Positions 9,161 through 21,822 of a stretch of 64,000 nucleotides of DNA are shown here, piece by piece. The stretch spans positions 6,200,001-6,264,000 of the forward strand of contig CATNEN010000002.1 of the NCBI GenBank assembly GCA_950097015.1, written 5' to 3'. The first letter of the stretch is position 1; every line of letters begins with the position of its first letter. This DNA is from Macrostomum hystrix (lineage: Eukaryota > Animalia > Platyhelminthes). Position numbers and translations under genes: made by a program. Below the pieces are notes generated by a model, which saw only the letters and a program-made list of their open reading frames with translations, made no database searches and was not told where the DNA came from.

Positions 9161-10292
9161 ATGCCGATCTCATCAGGCGCTGGCGGCAAGCCTAACTCCT
9201 ACTTCAACCCGACCAATGCCGTGTCACGGAGGCCATCCGTCAGCAGCGGCAACTACAGCGGCTCCAGTGCCGGGGCCACTCCCGGCTACTACTATGGCAG
9301 CTACGGCGGCGCCGAGCCCGTTGTCATGGCAACCGTTGCCGGGGCCGCCGCCACACCACGAGGAGTTCAGGTTGGATTTCTTGTCACGATCACGAAAACC
9401 CGGAAACCCTGAAAGTCAGGAAACGCCAGCGACAACTAACACTGACACTCCAGTCTCCATCCCTGACACTCCAGTCTCCATCCCTGACACACCGATCTCC
9501 ATCCCTGACACTCCAATCTCCAACCCTGACACTCCAATCTCCATCCCTGACACACCGATCTCCAACCCTGACACTCCAATCTCCATCCCTGACACTCCAA
9601 TCTCCATCCCTGACACTCCAATCTCCATCCCTGACACTCCAATCTCCATCCCTGACACTCCAATCTCCATCCCTGACACTCCAATCTCCATCCCTGAAAC
9701 TCCAGTCTCTAACCCTGAAACTCCAGTCTCTAACCCTGACACACCTGCAAACTCTCAGGTGGTTGACATATCCGGCCGGATGCCCCAGAACAGCCAAGCC
9801 GCGGTGTCTCGTGAGTCGCCCGACCGTCGCTGCTGTCCGTGTCCGGGCCGCGGCCGCCCGGAGATGCGCATGCCGCCGATGCCGAAGAGCAAGCTGGCCA
9901 CAGCCGGCGGTGCCGTCACCCGCCACGGCTGCTGCGTCTTCCTAATCGGCCTGCTGGCCCTAGCCACGGCTGCCGGCCTCATCGCCGGCCTGTACTTCCT
10001 GTGCACCCAGTTGTCCGGAGTCCGAGCTGCCAGGGGCGCCTTCTACCTGATTCCCGGGAGGCGAGCCGGCGACCTCATGTGGGTCATCTACGGCACCCTG
10101 CAGGAGTGCCAGCCTGTCACCACCAGTGCATCGACCACAAGCACCACAACGTCAACAACCACCACAGTTTCCACCACGAGGGCAACCGGCACTACGGCGT
10201 CGACAACTACGCCGACTACGACTACGACCGCAGCCACAACCTCGGGGACCACATTGATCTCCTGCGCCAGCACCACATATCGGTATCAGCAG
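9161..10292 (+). CDS. Orphan type II single-pass membrane protein with Thr-rich (mucin-like) stalk; 3' end unresolved
   Basis: Exons 9161-9370 (ATG; donor gttgga) and 9759-10292 (acceptor ctctcag; donor gtgagc), phase 0/0. The hydrophobic segment CCVFLIGLLALATAAGLIAGLYFLC is followed by a T-rich run. Confidence 0.65.
9440..9740. repeat. Intronic minisatellite, 21-bp unit (CCCTGACACTCCAATCTCCAT)
   Basis: Fills intron 9371-9758; source of the PISIPDT pseudo-peptide. Confidence 0.95.
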
Positions 10293-11699
10293 GTGAGCAC
10301 AATCACCTTTAAGGGTGCTATCAAAGACCACTTAAGAAGATGATACTATTGGAGACGGAGGGTGAGTGGCAGAGCGGTTAGGGCGTTTGCCTCTCTCACC
10401 AAGGTCCCTGAGAGTCACTCACTCAACAATGAGCCATTGCCCGCAGCCCTGCTGCCATTGTCATTATTACTATTGAAAACTACTCGGGTTCAATTTCTGT
10501 AAGCATAAACTACTTGTTGATCGTGTATGGTAGCTTCGATATTAACGATACATTAAACAGGTTTTATAGATTAAACTGCAATTGTCTATGGTTCCCGAAT
10601 TGAGCGCTAGTTTAAAAAATCTCATTTCCGCCGTTTTTTCCCATAGACTGCGTCTCTCTCCCTTAAGAAGCGTGCAGCCATTTGACCCTCCAGCTCAGTC
10701 TGTCTGCTTCTCAGATATATCTATGGTCTAAGTCTTTGTGTCGTGTACAATCCAAGGGAGTCCTATGAAAGCAACAGACTTCAACTCGGTGGTGATTAGT
10801 TTTTAGCTCTTATTCTGTAGAGTTAGCATCACATTTAACACACTTGCAACTGACACCTTTGAGTTTTTTGTACTTTGCACCCTTCAACTTGTAACCCACC
10901 GGTCGCAGGTGACATTGTCAGTCGGCAGGACTCGGCCGGAACCGATCTTCGTAGCAGCCTCCGCGGCGGCTGCCCTACTCTGCCGGCTGCTGTTGATGAC
11001 GCAACAGGTCACGTGATGTGCTAGAGTTAAAACAACGCATTAATTTTATTGCATACATCCATTCTTTATTTTCGTAAGTTATTTACTATATTAATCTTAT
11101 TTCTAATTTTAATTTATAATGTTTTACAGAAACATTTTTGTTATAAATATAATGGACGGGTATAATTAGAAATTATATGTTTAAATAATAAAAATTTAAT
11201 GGCTAACGAAATGATAATCTCTATAACTCTTAATATTTCTTTAAACCAATTTATTTTTTTGTCGTTTAAAAGTACTAAAAAGTTTTCTTTAGTGCCATCT
11301 ATACGTAGTAGACCCTTGTACCTAGACGCAAGCCAATTGCTAGTTTCTGTTAGCTTAGAAACTGTTTCTTTGCTCTGTAAACTTCGTCTTATTGTTATAA
11401 TTTTTAAGACAAGTAAAATTATTTTGCTGTGTAAAAAACTGTACAGTTACTGTCGTCGTTTAGCGGTAGTTGACAATACTATTTTTCGATTTCAATGATG
11501 ACGTAGCTGCGTTGTCTTAAAAGCATGCTTTTTTAAGTCTCGCTTAAGGTTTCTACCTGTCTGCCACTAAATAAATAAGAACAATGCGTCTTTAACTTGT
11601 GTTGTATTTGCAGTGTAACTTCTTTATCAAACCAGAGCTCAAAGGCCCGCCTTAAGAAATCAAAAACTTGCATAGCTGCCCAAACACTGCCTAAACACT

Positions 11700-12296
11700 G
11701 ACTAATATCTGTCAAATCACTGCCTAATTACTGCCTAATCACTCTGTAATCATTTTCTAATCACTGGCTAATCACTGGCTAATCACAGGCTAATCACTGG
11801 CTAATCACTGGCTTATCACTGGCTAATCACTGGCTAATCACTCTGTAATCATTTTCTAATCACTCTGTAATCATTTTCTAATCACTCTGTAATCATTTTC
11901 TAATCACTCTGTAATCATTTTCTAATCACTCTGTAATCATTTTCTAATCACTCTGTAATCATTTTCTAATCACTCTGTAATCATTTTCTAATCACTCTGT
12001 AATCATTTTCTAATCACTCTGTAATCATTTTCTAATCACTCTGTAATCATTTTCTAATCACTCTGTAATCATTTTCTAATCACTCTGTAATCATTTTCTA
12101 ATCACTCTGTAATCATTTTCTAATCACTCTGTAATCATTTTCTAATCACTCCGTAATCATTTTCTAATCACTCTGTAATCATTTTCTAATCACTGGCTAA
12201 TCACTGGCTAATCACTGGCTAATCACTGGCTAATCACTGGCTAATCACTGGCTAATCACTGGCTAATCACTGGCTAATCACCGGCTAATCACAGCC
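11700..12296. repeat. Minisatellite, 22-bp unit (AATCACTCTGTAATCATTTTCT) flanked by the related 11-mer TAATCACTGGC
   Basis: Directly visible tandem array. Confidence 0.95.
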
Positions 12297-14283
12297 CATT
12301 CACAGCTTATCTCGTAGTTGCTTTAATGCTTCAACATAGAATCAAACGGAGCAAAGCAAAAATTAAGGATTAGAAGTTACGCGCCATTTTACTCAGGTGC
12401 GTAACTGGTATAGACAGGAAGTCAAACAGTACACCTGACAGTAGAAGACAGGTATAGACCTCTCTGGGTTATCTATACTGGTTCAATAAACATATTAAAA
12501 ATACAATCAATACGCGGTTGTGTGCAAACTCGATCCCAAGTCCTTGGAGAGTAATTTTACTCTTTGATCCCCCATTACTTACGAGTACCAGTTTCCCCCA
12601 TAGAATCGTCAGTGAGCCTTGAGGCCAGCTTGGGTGGTTCGTAGCACGTGACTCGATGAGTCATCGCCTTGATCTCTCGGACCCCTCAAAACGCCCACCC
12701 CACCTCCGCTTTGCATTGACGGGAGCTTAGCCTTCAAATGTCCTGTTAATTTACGCGAATCCCTTCATATTTTTCCCGACTTTAATAAGAATTATAAGAA
12801 TCCCTATCCCTAACAAGCTCGTATATTAATTCCCCATCCCCCCCGAGTCGTCACGGCAAGCCTTCACCCCTGAAGAGCAACGACAGTCGTCCTTGCGCCC
12901 AGCCGCCTGACCCTGCAGTACAGCCGAGTCCAGCTGCATCTGGTTGAGCCCAAGTTAAATTAATACCGTCAGTAGCATCAAGGTATTTGCTATTTTGCTT
13001 TTGACCACATCAGGCAGGAAAATTTCTTGCAGACTAAATAATAGAAGGTAATGTGATAATCTAATTCTAATATAAAAACGGTACGATAGTACTAATAGCA
13101 GTACAGTTTGCACACAGCCGCATTCAGGAGAGGCTAGGCTTTCACTAGGCGGCACAGACCTTGTAAGAAGGGATTGAAACTCTGTATTGAAACTTTAGCG
13201 AATGCCTCATCCCCAGCTAAGGTAGGATTGTGTAAAGTACAAAAGAACCCCCTATGCGAAAGACCTTGCTTCTAGCACTGACAAGAACACCCAGTAGATG
13301 CCCAGCATGCAGTACCATTTAGCAGCCATTATCGTCTCTCTTTGGCCTAAATATTAGTCGTAGCAACCGAGGCCCCGGCCTCGTTAGGATTTATTTATGG
13401 AGTCCAGAACCGCACGTGGTGGTGGCAGATCGGCAGACCTTGGCCAATCGGACACACAAAACCAGCTACCAACCATCAGTAAGACTGGTGCCACTTGGGG
13501 GAGTAAGGCCTGATCCCTTCCACCTTGGGATCCCCTCATGCATCATGGGATTTCCAACGCTGGCACGGAGCCATCCCCGGGTTTCAGCACAATATAAAAA
13601 ATGTATATTATATACGTTGACATAACGAAACTTTGTGAGCAGAAAATTATGGTTTTTGCCATCAGACACCCCGACGAGAATCGTTGAATATCTCGAACAT
13701 GCCGATTTTGGCAATTCTGGAAATTGTTTCAGTGGATGGAGTGGTAAATTGTAGCCAGTGTTCCGGATTTTCATGACTATTGGTAGAATATTTTGGGAGA
13801 TGCAAAAAAGAAAGAAAAAAGTTAAATACCCACGGCGCTTTTCTACCGGTAAGGCAAGCAAAACAATTGACCAAACAAAAGCATAGTCAAGAGAACCACC
13901 AATGAACCGATAAAACAGAAATCAGGTTTTGCAAAAAAAATTTGAGGTAGACCGAGTGCATCCCGAGAAAAAACTTGGAATCAGAAATTTTACTTACTGT
14001 TGAATAAAATAAGAGCATAGAAAATAAAAGAGCTGGTTGCAAAAAATGGCTCATTGTTTGACCGTCTGTGACAATAATAACCTATACGAGCTAAGTCGAA
14101 AGCAGTCTGAGAGCAGTTTTTATCAAGCTATTCAATAATTCGTTTTTTAAATAGCGTCTTCCTTTGATCCATAAATAATTTGCCGCTTTGACTAGCCGCC
14201 ATAAATGGTCTTTCAAATCTTGCTAGACTAGTTTAAATAGCTGGAATAGATGCGAACTGAGCAGCAATCTTTGACTTGCCATT

Positions 14284-15331
14284 ATGAGCTTATCAGCTTC
14301 ACCGCTGAGCATCAACTGTGCGCTGCTCACGCTGCTGGCAATTGTTGTTGCAGCTGATGGCCAGCAGGTGTTGAACTCTATGCAGCACAAGTTCCAGCTG
14401 GCGCACAAGTCCAGCAGCCGGCTGCCGATCAGCTTCGCGACAGATGCCGGGCCAGCAGCCGGCAGCCGGATACGATGCTCGGCCCGCTGCGGAGCCCTGC
14501 CCAGCTGCTTCGGCTTCTTCAGACGGGTCGACTTCGGCTGCGGCTACTTCTTCGGCTGCGACTATTTCAACGAGGAAGCGTGGAACTCCAGCGACACCGA
14601 CTGGGACATCTTTGTACGGCCAGTTGGTGAGCGGCAGTGTGCAATTCAAGACAGTCAAGCTATTGACGTTGAGCGTCGGACTGACAACTTGCAAGTCGGG
14701 GGTTCGATTCCCGTCCACGCTGGAACAGTTTGTGTCCTTTGGCAAGAAACTCATTAAATCTGCACAGTAGAGCTAATTCTCTTGCTAAAGTACACAATTA
14801 TTTCAGTGGAGTCGAGAATCGAACTCACGACCTTTAAGTCGCGAGTCCAACGCTCTTACCACACTAGGCTACAACCGCTCTCATCTGTTTGTTTTAACCA
14901 AACCAACTCCAGCCGCAAAAGTGACTAAACTACCCGCCATCGACTGCAAACAGAGCAGCACCCGCAAGACCGACGGCTGCTGGAAGGCAATCGACGGTGA
15001 CATCAGGCAGAACCTCCTCACGGGCCAGTCCTGCACCCACACCATGTACAACACTGGCGAATGGTGGGAGGCTGAATTAGCTAGCGCTGCCATCGTGGCC
15101 TCCGTGACTCTGTACAACCGGCTCGACTGCTGCAGGCAGCGCCTGAGCAACTTCAGCCTGCTGGTGGACGGCGTACAGTGCCTCCGCGTGGATCTGGGCA
15201 GCGACAGCTTCTCTGTGCGCACCTTCAGCTGCTACGGCTGGGGCAGGCGGGTCAGAGTGCTCAGCATGCTGGTTGACGAACCGCTGCACATCTGCGAGTT
15301 CTTCGCCTACGCCCAGCTGCCTGATGCCTGA
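14284..15331 (+). CDS. Secreted F-type lectin (FTP/fucolectin domain) with N-terminal Cys-containing PAN/apple-like region
   Basis: Exons 14284-14626 and 14913-15331 (phase 1, GT-AG). Signal peptide present. FTP motifs QSST..AIDG..CTHT..WW..NRLDCCRQRLSNF, with exact H-x26-R-x-D-x4-R spacing. Confidence 0.85.
14629..14750 (+). mobile_element. SINE 5' fragment (tRNA-like head plus start of core domain)
   Basis: B box GGTTCGATTCC followed by TTTGTGTCCTTTGGCAAGA, similar to 23035-23140. Confidence 0.7.
14775..14880 (-). mobile_element. SINE 5' fragment, inverted relative to the preceding one
   Basis: Reverse complement reads GAGCGGTTGTAGCCTAGTGTGGTAAGAGCGTTGGACTCGCGACTTAAAGGTCGTGAGTTCGATTCTCGACTCCACTG, homologous to the SINE head at 23035. 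Confidence 0.8.
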
Positions 15332-15659
15332 GACTGGAGAGAGTAGAGATATGAGAGAGGGGAGACGAGAGATAAAAGGGGAGAGATGAGAGATAAGAGA
15401 GGAGAGAGGAGACAGGAGAGAGGAGACAGGAAAGGAAAGAAGATGAAGTGAAGTGAAAATATACGAGCCTATGAAATAATAATAAGCAGTGAATGCCATT
15501 GATTGTTTTTTGTCTTCTTGAAAACGCACGACAAGAATCAACGCTTACGTCATGGAAAGAAATGAGGCCTTCGTTAATTCATATGACCGATCGATTGCTT
15601 CCTTTGTTTTGTAGCTGAGATGAGCTGGATAGCCTACTTATTGTAAGGCGTTAGAGTGG

Positions 15660-16670
15660 ACAGTCAGTCTGTCAGGCTGAGAGTCAGGGTTGGAGTCAGT
15701 CAGTCAGGGTGAGAGTCAGTCAGTCAGGGTAAGAGTCCGTTAGTCAGGGTGAGAGTCAGTCAGGGAAAGAGTCCGTCAGTCAGGGTGAGAGCCAGTCAGT
15801 CTGGGTGAGAGTCAGTCAGTCAGGGTGAGAGTCAGTCTGTCTGGGTGATAGTTAGTCAGTCAGGGTGAGAGTCAGTCTGTCTGGGTGAGAGTCAGTCTGT
15901 CTGGGTGAGAGTCAGTCTGTCTGGGTGATAGTTAGTCAGTCAGGGTGAGAGTCAGTCTGTCTGGGTGAGAGTCAGTCTGTCTGGGTGAGAGTCAGGGCGA
16001 GAGTCTGTCAGTCAGAGTGAGAGTCAGTCAGTCTGGGTGAGAGTCAGTCAGGGTGAGAGTCCGTCAGTCAGGGTAAGAGTCCGTCAGTCAGGGTGAAAGT
16101 CAGTCTGTCAGAGTGAGAGTCAGTCAGTCTGGGTGAGAGTCAGTCAGGGTGAGAGTCCGTCAGTCAGGGTAAGAGTCCGTCAGTCAGGGTGAAAGTCAGT
16201 CTGTCTGGGTGAGAGTCAGTCTGTCTGGGTGAGAGTCAGTCAGGGTGAGAGTCAATCAGTCAGGGTAAGAGTCCGTCAGGCAGGGTGAAAGTCAGGGTGA
16301 GAGTCAGTCAGGGTGAGAGTCCGTCAGTCAGGGTGAGAATCCGTCAGTCAGGGTGAGAGTCCGACAGTCAGGGTGAGAGTCCGTCAGTCAGGGTGAGAGT
16401 CCGTCAGTCAGGGCGAGAGTCAGTCAGTCAGGGTGAGAGTCCGTCAGTCAGGGTGAGAGTCAGTCAGGGTGAGAGTCCGTTAGTCAGGGTGAGAGTCCGT
16501 CAGTCAGGGTGAGAGTCCGTCAGTCAGGGCGAGAGTCAGTCAGTCAGGGTGAGAGTCCGTCAGTCAGGGTGAGAGTCAGTCAGGGTGAGAGTCCGTCAGT
16601 CAGGGTGAGAGTCCGTCAGTCAGGGTGAGAGTCCGTCAGTCAGGGTGAGAGTCCGTCATTCAGGGTGACT
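15660..16670. repeat. Minisatellite, ~20-bp unit (GTCAGTCAGGGTGAGAGTCC) with 16-bp variants
   Basis: Directly visible tandem array. Confidence 0.95.
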
Positions 16671-17549
16671 AAGGGTCCCTAAGTTAGCAAAAGCTGTCTC
16701 ACAGCTTCAACAAAATGTTTTTAAAGACATAACAATGCCCAACTGTGTAAACTGGGTTGTAGCATTAGTATTCTTGGCAATTTCATATAAAACTTTACAA
16801 TCAAAGCCATCTTGAGGCGAGAAAAATAGTATCTATTTACATTTGCATGCACAGAAAGTACATTTCGCAGGTAAAAGTACAAAAAAGAATTATCAGTCAA
16901 ACAAGTGTCAATTAAAACTTTGATGGCGCCTAAGAAATAATACAAATAACACTTTAAAAAAATAGACAAGCACCACCCGATATGTATTGATATTGTTTTA
17001 GGAGAAAAGTTGTTACACACCCTTGCCAATGTTATGCGGGATAATATTGAGCTTGCATTAGCCTGTCCGTTGGCTAGAGGAAAAATAAAAGTACATGCAA
17101 AAAGCCAAGCTCGCCAGATAGTCCGTGATAGGTCAAATTGTTGAAGGTGAATTATGGGTAACGGGTGAGAGTTGAAGTCGCTGCTAGTGCTGCATGTGTC
17201 AAGAATGAGTAAAATCAATTAGCAAAGAAGCGATACTTGCTAAATACTGTCACTTCATTTTTTACTGATATATTGATTGATTGATTGACAGGTCGCAATA
17301 AAATAGAATACAAAAGTTGTCGGAAAATAGGCACCTGAAATAGGCAACAGATTGACAAAAACTTAATATAATTTTATAATATAAAAATGCTTAACAAAAA
17401 GTAAAAAACTTGAAATGATGCCTTACAGACGCTTGAACAAACATTGACAAATTGACATAAAAATAATGATAAAATAGTACAGATGTATACAGGAACACGT
17501 AAGCATACAAAATTGTGTTCTCACAGCTTCATGAGTTAAGTCTAGGGTG

Positions 17550-18060
17550 CGGGAGTGGGGTGGCTGCGATTGTCGGCTTGGGGAGTGAGGTGGGTGTGAT
17601 TGTCAGTTGGAGGAGTGGGGTTGGTGCGGTTTTCCTTGGTGGAGTGGGGTGGCTGCGATTGTCGGCTTGGGGAGTGAGGTGGGTGTGATTGTCAGTTGGG
17701 GGAGTGGGGTTGGTGCGGTTTTCCTTGGGGGAGTGGGGTGGCTGTGATTGTCGGCTTGGGGAGTGAGGTGGGTGTGATTGTCAGTTGGGGGAGTGGGGTT
17801 GGTGCGGTTTTCCTTGGTGGAGTGGGGTGGCTGCGATTGTCGGCTTGGGGAGTGAGGTGGGTGTGATTGTCAGTTGGGGGAGTGGGGTTGGTGCGGTTTT
17901 CCTTGGGGGAGTGGGGTGGCTGTGATTGTCGGCTTGGGGAGTGAGGTGGGTGTGATTGTCAGTTGGAGGAGTGGGGTTGGTGCGGTTTTCCTTGGGGGAG
18001 TGGGGTGGCTGTGATTGTCGGCTTTGGGAGTGAGGTGGGTGTGATTGTCAGTTGCGGGAA
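17550..18060. repeat. G-rich tandem repeat, ~90-bp unit made of three ~30-bp subunits
   Basis: Directly visible, about 5.5 copies, downstream of the PTEN stop. Confidence 0.9.
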
Positions 18061-18308
18061 TAGGGTTGTGGAGTGGGTGTGATTGCGATATTCTGCTTGG
18101 GTAGTGGGGGTTCAGTTCCATAAACTGGCGGTGAGAACTTACAGACCGCAGACATCTGCATGCAAGGCATGGAGAAATGGCAAATTTAAGAAAACTGTAG
18201 TGACTTAAAGCTAAAGGAATTGAGAGTATGATTAAAAGAGATTGTTCCAAACGGAAAAGCCATTCCTGGAATCGCTAGTTTTGGCCAGCTGTACTAACCA
18301 ATCAGCAA

Positions 18309-21300
18309 CTAAAGCGCAGTGGTCAAAATGTCTGGCGAGTTAAATTCGTTGGCGATGTCTGGCGAATTCTCTGCTGGTTCTGTCGCCGTCGACGTCGCCG
18401 AAGGGGGCGCAGTCGAAATCGGCGTCGGCGAGGGCGACGACTCGGGATTAGGCCGGTGGTGATGGCGGTGATGATGAGCATGATGTTGATGGGCATGGCG
18501 ATGATTCCGCGACGGCGACAAACGACGCGAAGCTGACGGCGCGCCGTTCTCCCGCGCAGCCGTCGAGCAGTCGCTAAGCGACAAGGCCGAAGCTGATGGC
18601 AGGTCGACGCCGAAGTCGCAGCAGTCCGAATCGTCGGTAATGGACGAGCAGGAGGACGAAGAGGAGGCGGCCGGGCCAACGGCGAAACCGCGGAATTGAT
18701 CGTCGAGTTGACCGTTGTCGACCGTGTCGGGGTAGGCAAAGTTGACGGTAATCTGCGATGGATTGGCGAGGCCGAATGAGAAATGGGAAATGGGGAAATG
18801 GGATCTGGAATAGAGATAAAACAGCTGAGCAGGTGGCACGAACCGCAAATGCCTCGGGATAAACCCGGTGCTGCTTGTCCTTGAAAGCCTTGTCTAGCTC
18901 GCATTTCGTCAGCGTTAGCGATAGTTCGCGGTCAGATTTCGACCTCGTTGAGAAGCCAGCCGCTTCGGTTGAGTCGGCGCGGTTTCGGCGCCACAGAGCG
19001 CCCGGCGTGTCAGGCGGCTGGTTGACTATGAAGAAGGTGTTCAGCCAGCAGTGGAACACCTTGTCCAGGCGGGACAGCAGCTTGCTGCGATTGTAGAACA
19101 CCAGCTTGAAGTCGCCGCTAACAGCAATCGGAGCGGGCGGCCGGATTACAAAAGTGCCGGGTGGCTGGGCAAGGCCGCGGCGTGGCTCAACGCTCTCGGA
19201 TTCGCCGACTGTCTTCAGCGTGCTCTTGTTGTCCTGCGCACAGGCGGGAGGGATCAGGAACAGGTGGTTGGAGATGTCAGGAACAGGTGGTTGGAGATGT
19301 CAGGAACAGGTGGTTGGAGATGTCAGGAACAGGTGGTTGGAGATGTCAGGAACAGGTGGTTGGAGATGTCAGGAACAGGTGGTTGGAGATGTCAGGAACA
19401 GGTGGTTGGAGATGTCAGGAATAGGTAGTTTAAGAAGTCATGAACAGGTGGTTGGAGTTGGAGTGAATATGAGATCAGGAACCAGGTGAGGATAGGAACA
19501 GGTGGGGATCAGGAACGAGGATCAGGAACAGGTGGGGATTAGGAACATTTGGGGATCAGGAACAGGTTGGGATCAGGCACAGTTGGGGATCAGGAACAGG
19601 TTGGGATCAGGCACAGTTGGGGATCAGAAACAGGTTGGGATCAGGCACAGTTGGGGATCAGGAACAGGTGGGGATTAGGCACAGTTAGGGATCAGGAACA
19701 GGTGGGGATTAGGCACAGTTGGGGATCAGGAACAGGTGGGGATTAGGCACAGTTGGGGATCAGGAACAGGTGGGGATTAGGCACTGGTGGGGATTAGGCA
19801 GAGTTGGGGATCAGGAACAGGTGTGTGAGTCTCACCTGGCCGCAGTCACGCACCATTTTCATGCACTTGAACATGAGACAGCAGCTGCCTGACTGAAAAG
19901 CTGGCGGGCCGCCTTCGACAACAATGGAGGTGAGCAGCAGGTTGAAGTTCTCCAAAGCCAGCTGTTTGTGCAGCATGTGAGCATAGTAGAAAACGTAGCG
20001 TCTCTGAGACGGGATGGTGACCCCCTGCAACGCGATGGGAATTTTTTATTCAGGGAAAGGGACATCTAAACCAAGGACCTCACCCATCACTCTCCACCCA
20101 CCTTGTTATCGTGCGTGCGCTTCGTATCGTAGAGTCTCAGCACGTCGCTGGCAGTCAGGAAAGTCGGCGGCTGGCCGTGCAATCCATGGAAGCTCTCGAA
20201 CAGCAGGTAGCAACAGACCATAGCACCTGTGCGACCCTGCGACATGGAGCAGAAAACACAGTTTCTGAAGTTTTCATCCAATAATAATCGTGACTGGGAT
20301 AAATAGAGACTCACTTTTCCAGCCTTGCAGTGGATGGCCGCCACATAGTCCGGACCTTTCTGCAGCCAGCGGTACACAGACATGCAGAAATACGGAATGA
20401 TGTGAATGGGCGGCGGGTTGTGATCTCGCATTGGAAACTGCTCAACCCGGTCGCGAAATTTTGATACATCGTAGGCTCGCTCAACGCAGCTGGGATAGAG
20501 TTAAATTAATAGCTTTTTAGTGAAACTTTACCATCATTTTCCCTTACAGCCCCTCCTCTCTCCAACAATGTTCTGTTCCTCACACCCACTGCACTTTCCC
20601 TCTCCCCCACTGCCCTAACTTTCCCTCTCCCCCACTGCCCTAACTTTCCCTCTCCCCCACTGCCCTAACTTTCCCTATCCCCCCACTGCCCTAACTTTCC
20701 CTCTCCCCCACTGCCCTAACTTTCCCTCTCCCCCACTGCCCTAACTTTCCCTCTCCCCCACTGCCCTAACTTTCCCTCTCCCCCACTGCCCTAACTTTCC
20801 CTCCCCCCCACTGCCCTAACTTTCCCTCTCCCCCACTGCCCTAACTTTCCCTCTCCCCCCCTGCCCTAACTTTCCCTCTCCCCCACTGCCCTAACTTTCC
20901 CTCTCCCCCACTGCCCTAACTTTCCCTCTCCCCCACTGCCCTAACTTTCCCTCTCCCCCACTGCCCTAACTATCCCTCTCCCCCACTGCCCTAACTTTCC
21001 CTCTCCCCACTGCCCTAACTTTCCCTCTCCCCCACTGCCCTAACTATCCCTCTCCCCCACTGCCCTAACTTTCCCTCTCCCCACTGCCCTAACTTTCCCT
21101 CTCCCCCACTGCCCTAACTTTCCCTCTCCCTCACTGCCCTAGCTATCCCTCTCCCCCACTGCCCTAACTTTCCCTATCCCCCCACTGCCCTAACTTTCCT
21201 TCCCCCCCCACTGCCCTAACTTTCCCTCTCCCCCCCTGCCCTAACTTTCCCTCTCCCCCACTGCCCTAACTTTCCCTCTCCCCCACTGCCCTAACTTTCC

Positions 21301-21822
21301 CTCTCCCCCACTGCCCTAACTATCCCTCTCCCTCACTGCCCTAACTTTCCCTCTCCCCCACTGCCCTAACTTTCCCTCTCCCCCACTGCCCTAACTTTCC
21401 CTCTCCCCCACTGCCCTAACTTTCCCTCTCCCCCACTGCCCTAACTTTCCCTCTCCCCCACTGCCCTCTCCGTCTTTCACCAATTGCCCTTTCCACCAAG
21501 GTACTGACAGGTTATAGACGCAATACTTGTCGCAGTGTCGTGTCTCCAAGAATCTGAATAATGAATGGTAAAGTGGAACAATTTATAGGTAATATTTATT
21601 TCTTGGTCATTCCATCAAGAGTTCAGTTTGCAAGTAGCTCGCAAAGCAATTCACACACCTGACGACTTCATTAATATCATTGCGGTAGATTCTCTCATAG
21701 GTCTCGGCTGGTACACCCATGGCTATAATCTGTGGACTTATATAGGACAAGTCCAGGTTGAAGCTGTCCTCTGTGAATCTCTTCTTCTTCTTAGACACAA
21801 TCTGGCGCACTGCATTAGACAT
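18309..21822 (-). CDS. PTEN: Phosphatase and tensin homolog (PIP3 3-phosphatase), 513 aa
   Basis: complement(join(18309-18752,18844-19233,19836-20024,20102-20236,20315-20489,21509-21553,21659-21822)), all GT-AG and in phase. N-terminus MSNAVRQIVSKKKKRFTEDSFNLDLSYISPQIIAMG; WPD-equivalent DHNPP; P-loop HCKAGKGRTG; GVTIPSQRRYV; C2 motifs FHCWLNTFFI and LTLTKCELDKA. Confidence 0.97.
19250..19820. repeat. PTEN intronic minisatellite, 23-bp unit grading into a GGGGATCAGGAACAGGT-type array
   Basis: Directly visible; fills intron 19234-19835. Confidence 0.95.
20590..21470. repeat. PTEN intronic minisatellite, 25-bp unit (CCCCCACTGCCCTAACTTTCCCTCT)
   Basis: Directly visible tandem array. Confidence 0.95.

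Noticed and set aside
10365-10430. tRNA-like A box (TGGCAGAGCGG), possible SINE head
   Set aside because: No B box or family body follows; too degraded to call.
10902-10918. 16/17-nt similarity to the 34645 hairpin arm
   Set aside because: A match this short is expected by chance in a 64-kb self-comparison.
12300-14200. Possible TE or LTR-like unique sequence with short ORFs
   Set aside because: No terminal repeats, TSDs or recognisable protein motifs found by eye.
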